This document shows, one piece after another, positions 62,980 through 64,000 of a stretch of DNA of 64,000 nt. Each line of letters opens with the position of its first letter. Within the stretch, counting starts at the first letter, position 1. The DNA comes from Lama guanicoe. Taxonomy: Eukaryota. A model generated the notes under the pieces. The model had not been told where the DNA came from, ran no database searches, and saw only the letters and a list, made by a program, of their open reading frames with translations. The stretch spans positions 1,512,833 to 1,576,832 of the forward strand of contig MU053376.1 in the NCBI GenBank assembly GCA_013239625.1, in the 5' to 3' direction. Both the position numbers and the translations under genes were made by a program.

Positions 62980-64000
62980 GTGACCTGGCCTTTCTTACCA
63001 GTGTCATATATTCTGTGTATTTCCTGTCATTCCTTATCTTTCAGCTCAAATGTCACAACCTTAGGGAAGCCTTGCCTGACCTCCAGACAAAGTCTGTTTC
63101 CTTGTTACGTTCGGTTTATAGCCCCCATTCCTTTTCATCACAGCACTCATCATGGTTTGCAATTATACACTCATTTTTATAATTTTTAGATTGATGTTTA
63201 TAGCAGACCAACGCAAGGCTCTGTCCGCAACCCTTTTCTCTCCAAAATGTACACATCCTTCCCATAGGATTTTATTGGCTCTAGAGGCTTCAATTAATAA
63301 TACTCCAGCCTCTCTTTCTAGTTCATTCTCTCTCTACACATGAGGTGTTTATAATTGCTTATTAATATATTATCAGCTTCTCAAATTTCTAAACCATGAT
63401 ATTTCTTGGTGAACTTGCTCTTGTTCCCGAATTCCTAATCTTGGTTAAAGGCAGCAGCACTTGGCCAACTACCTAGGTTTAAAATCTTGGAGCTGCCCTG
63501 CCTTTCACTCCCCCACATCCATTACACGCCACATCCTACTGAACCCATCTCTCACACCCGTGGCCCATGTCCTCTTCACCCCATGACTTTGCAACAGCTT
63601 CTTAGCTGTCTCTTCTCACTCCAGGGCTTTCTCAGCATTGCCACTAGCACTGTCTCCCTAAAAGAGAATCTGAGTACAACACAGTCCTGTGATATACAAG
63701 ACCCCTGATGGTTCCCTTTTGTCCACAGACGAGAGCCCAAACTCCACGGCGTGGTGCACAAAGCCTGGATCCCCAAACTACAGCTCCGTCTTCATCTCCC
63801 ATCACTTCTCCCCATTTAACTTACTCTTTAGACTTTATTTTAGCCTTTCTCTGAATGTCTTACTTCTAGCACAGCCCTGCTTGTCCTTTAAGCCCCAGTT
63901 CAAATTTCTAGTGATCAGAAAAGACTTTCTAGACCCTCAGAGGCAGCATCCGTCCCCTTCTCTGCACTGGCCCTGTGGGAATTTGTTTGTTCTTAATTGT
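62980..64000. mobile_element. L2 remnants
   Basis: cagctcaaatgtcacaaccttagggaagccttgcctgacc; cttggagctgccctg...ctcccccacatccatt. Confidence 0.55.

Noticed and set aside
58726..64000. Further upstream PM20D1 exon (expected FNVIPP...HPGQTVQE-like)
   Set aside because: I found no matching sequence; the region looks intronic and the exon presumably lies beyond the window.
1..64000. CRISPR arrays, operons or other prokaryotic systems
   Set aside because: The sequence is mammalian, with spliced genes and mammalian repeats; no regularly spaced direct-repeat array was seen.

Overview
Mammalian genomic DNA. It is probably a camelid, inferred from many copies of a tRNA-Ala(AGC)-derived SINE resembling vic-1. 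The window is the orthologue of part of the human PARK16 locus, with three minus-strand genes. RAB29/RAB7L1 is complete (5 coding exons, 203 aa, CpG-island promoter near 9.1 kb). The Mg2+ transporter SLC41A1 is complete (10 coding exons, 514 aa, CpG-island promoter near 42.4 kb). PM20D1 is represented by its last three exons. All coding exons were delimited by hand at GT/AG sites with consistent frames. The rest is ordinary mammalian repeat content (L1, L2, MIR, MER5/MER3, MLT2, LTR16-like, an ERV1-type solo LTR, microsatellites); repeat boundaries and subfamily names are approximate. I found no new gene or clearly novel system. The best leads are regulatory: a chain of uORFs in the ~1 kb SLC41A1 leader (including an AUG-stop and a 97-aa spliced uORF), a stop-free in-frame intron in SLC41A1, a frameshifting tandem donor in PM20D1, a CLEAR-like E-box plus paired ZNF143 sites at RAB29, an inverted SINE pair in RAB29, a triple target-site duplication with a SINE-L1 chimera, and paired bZIP sites in intergenic DNA.
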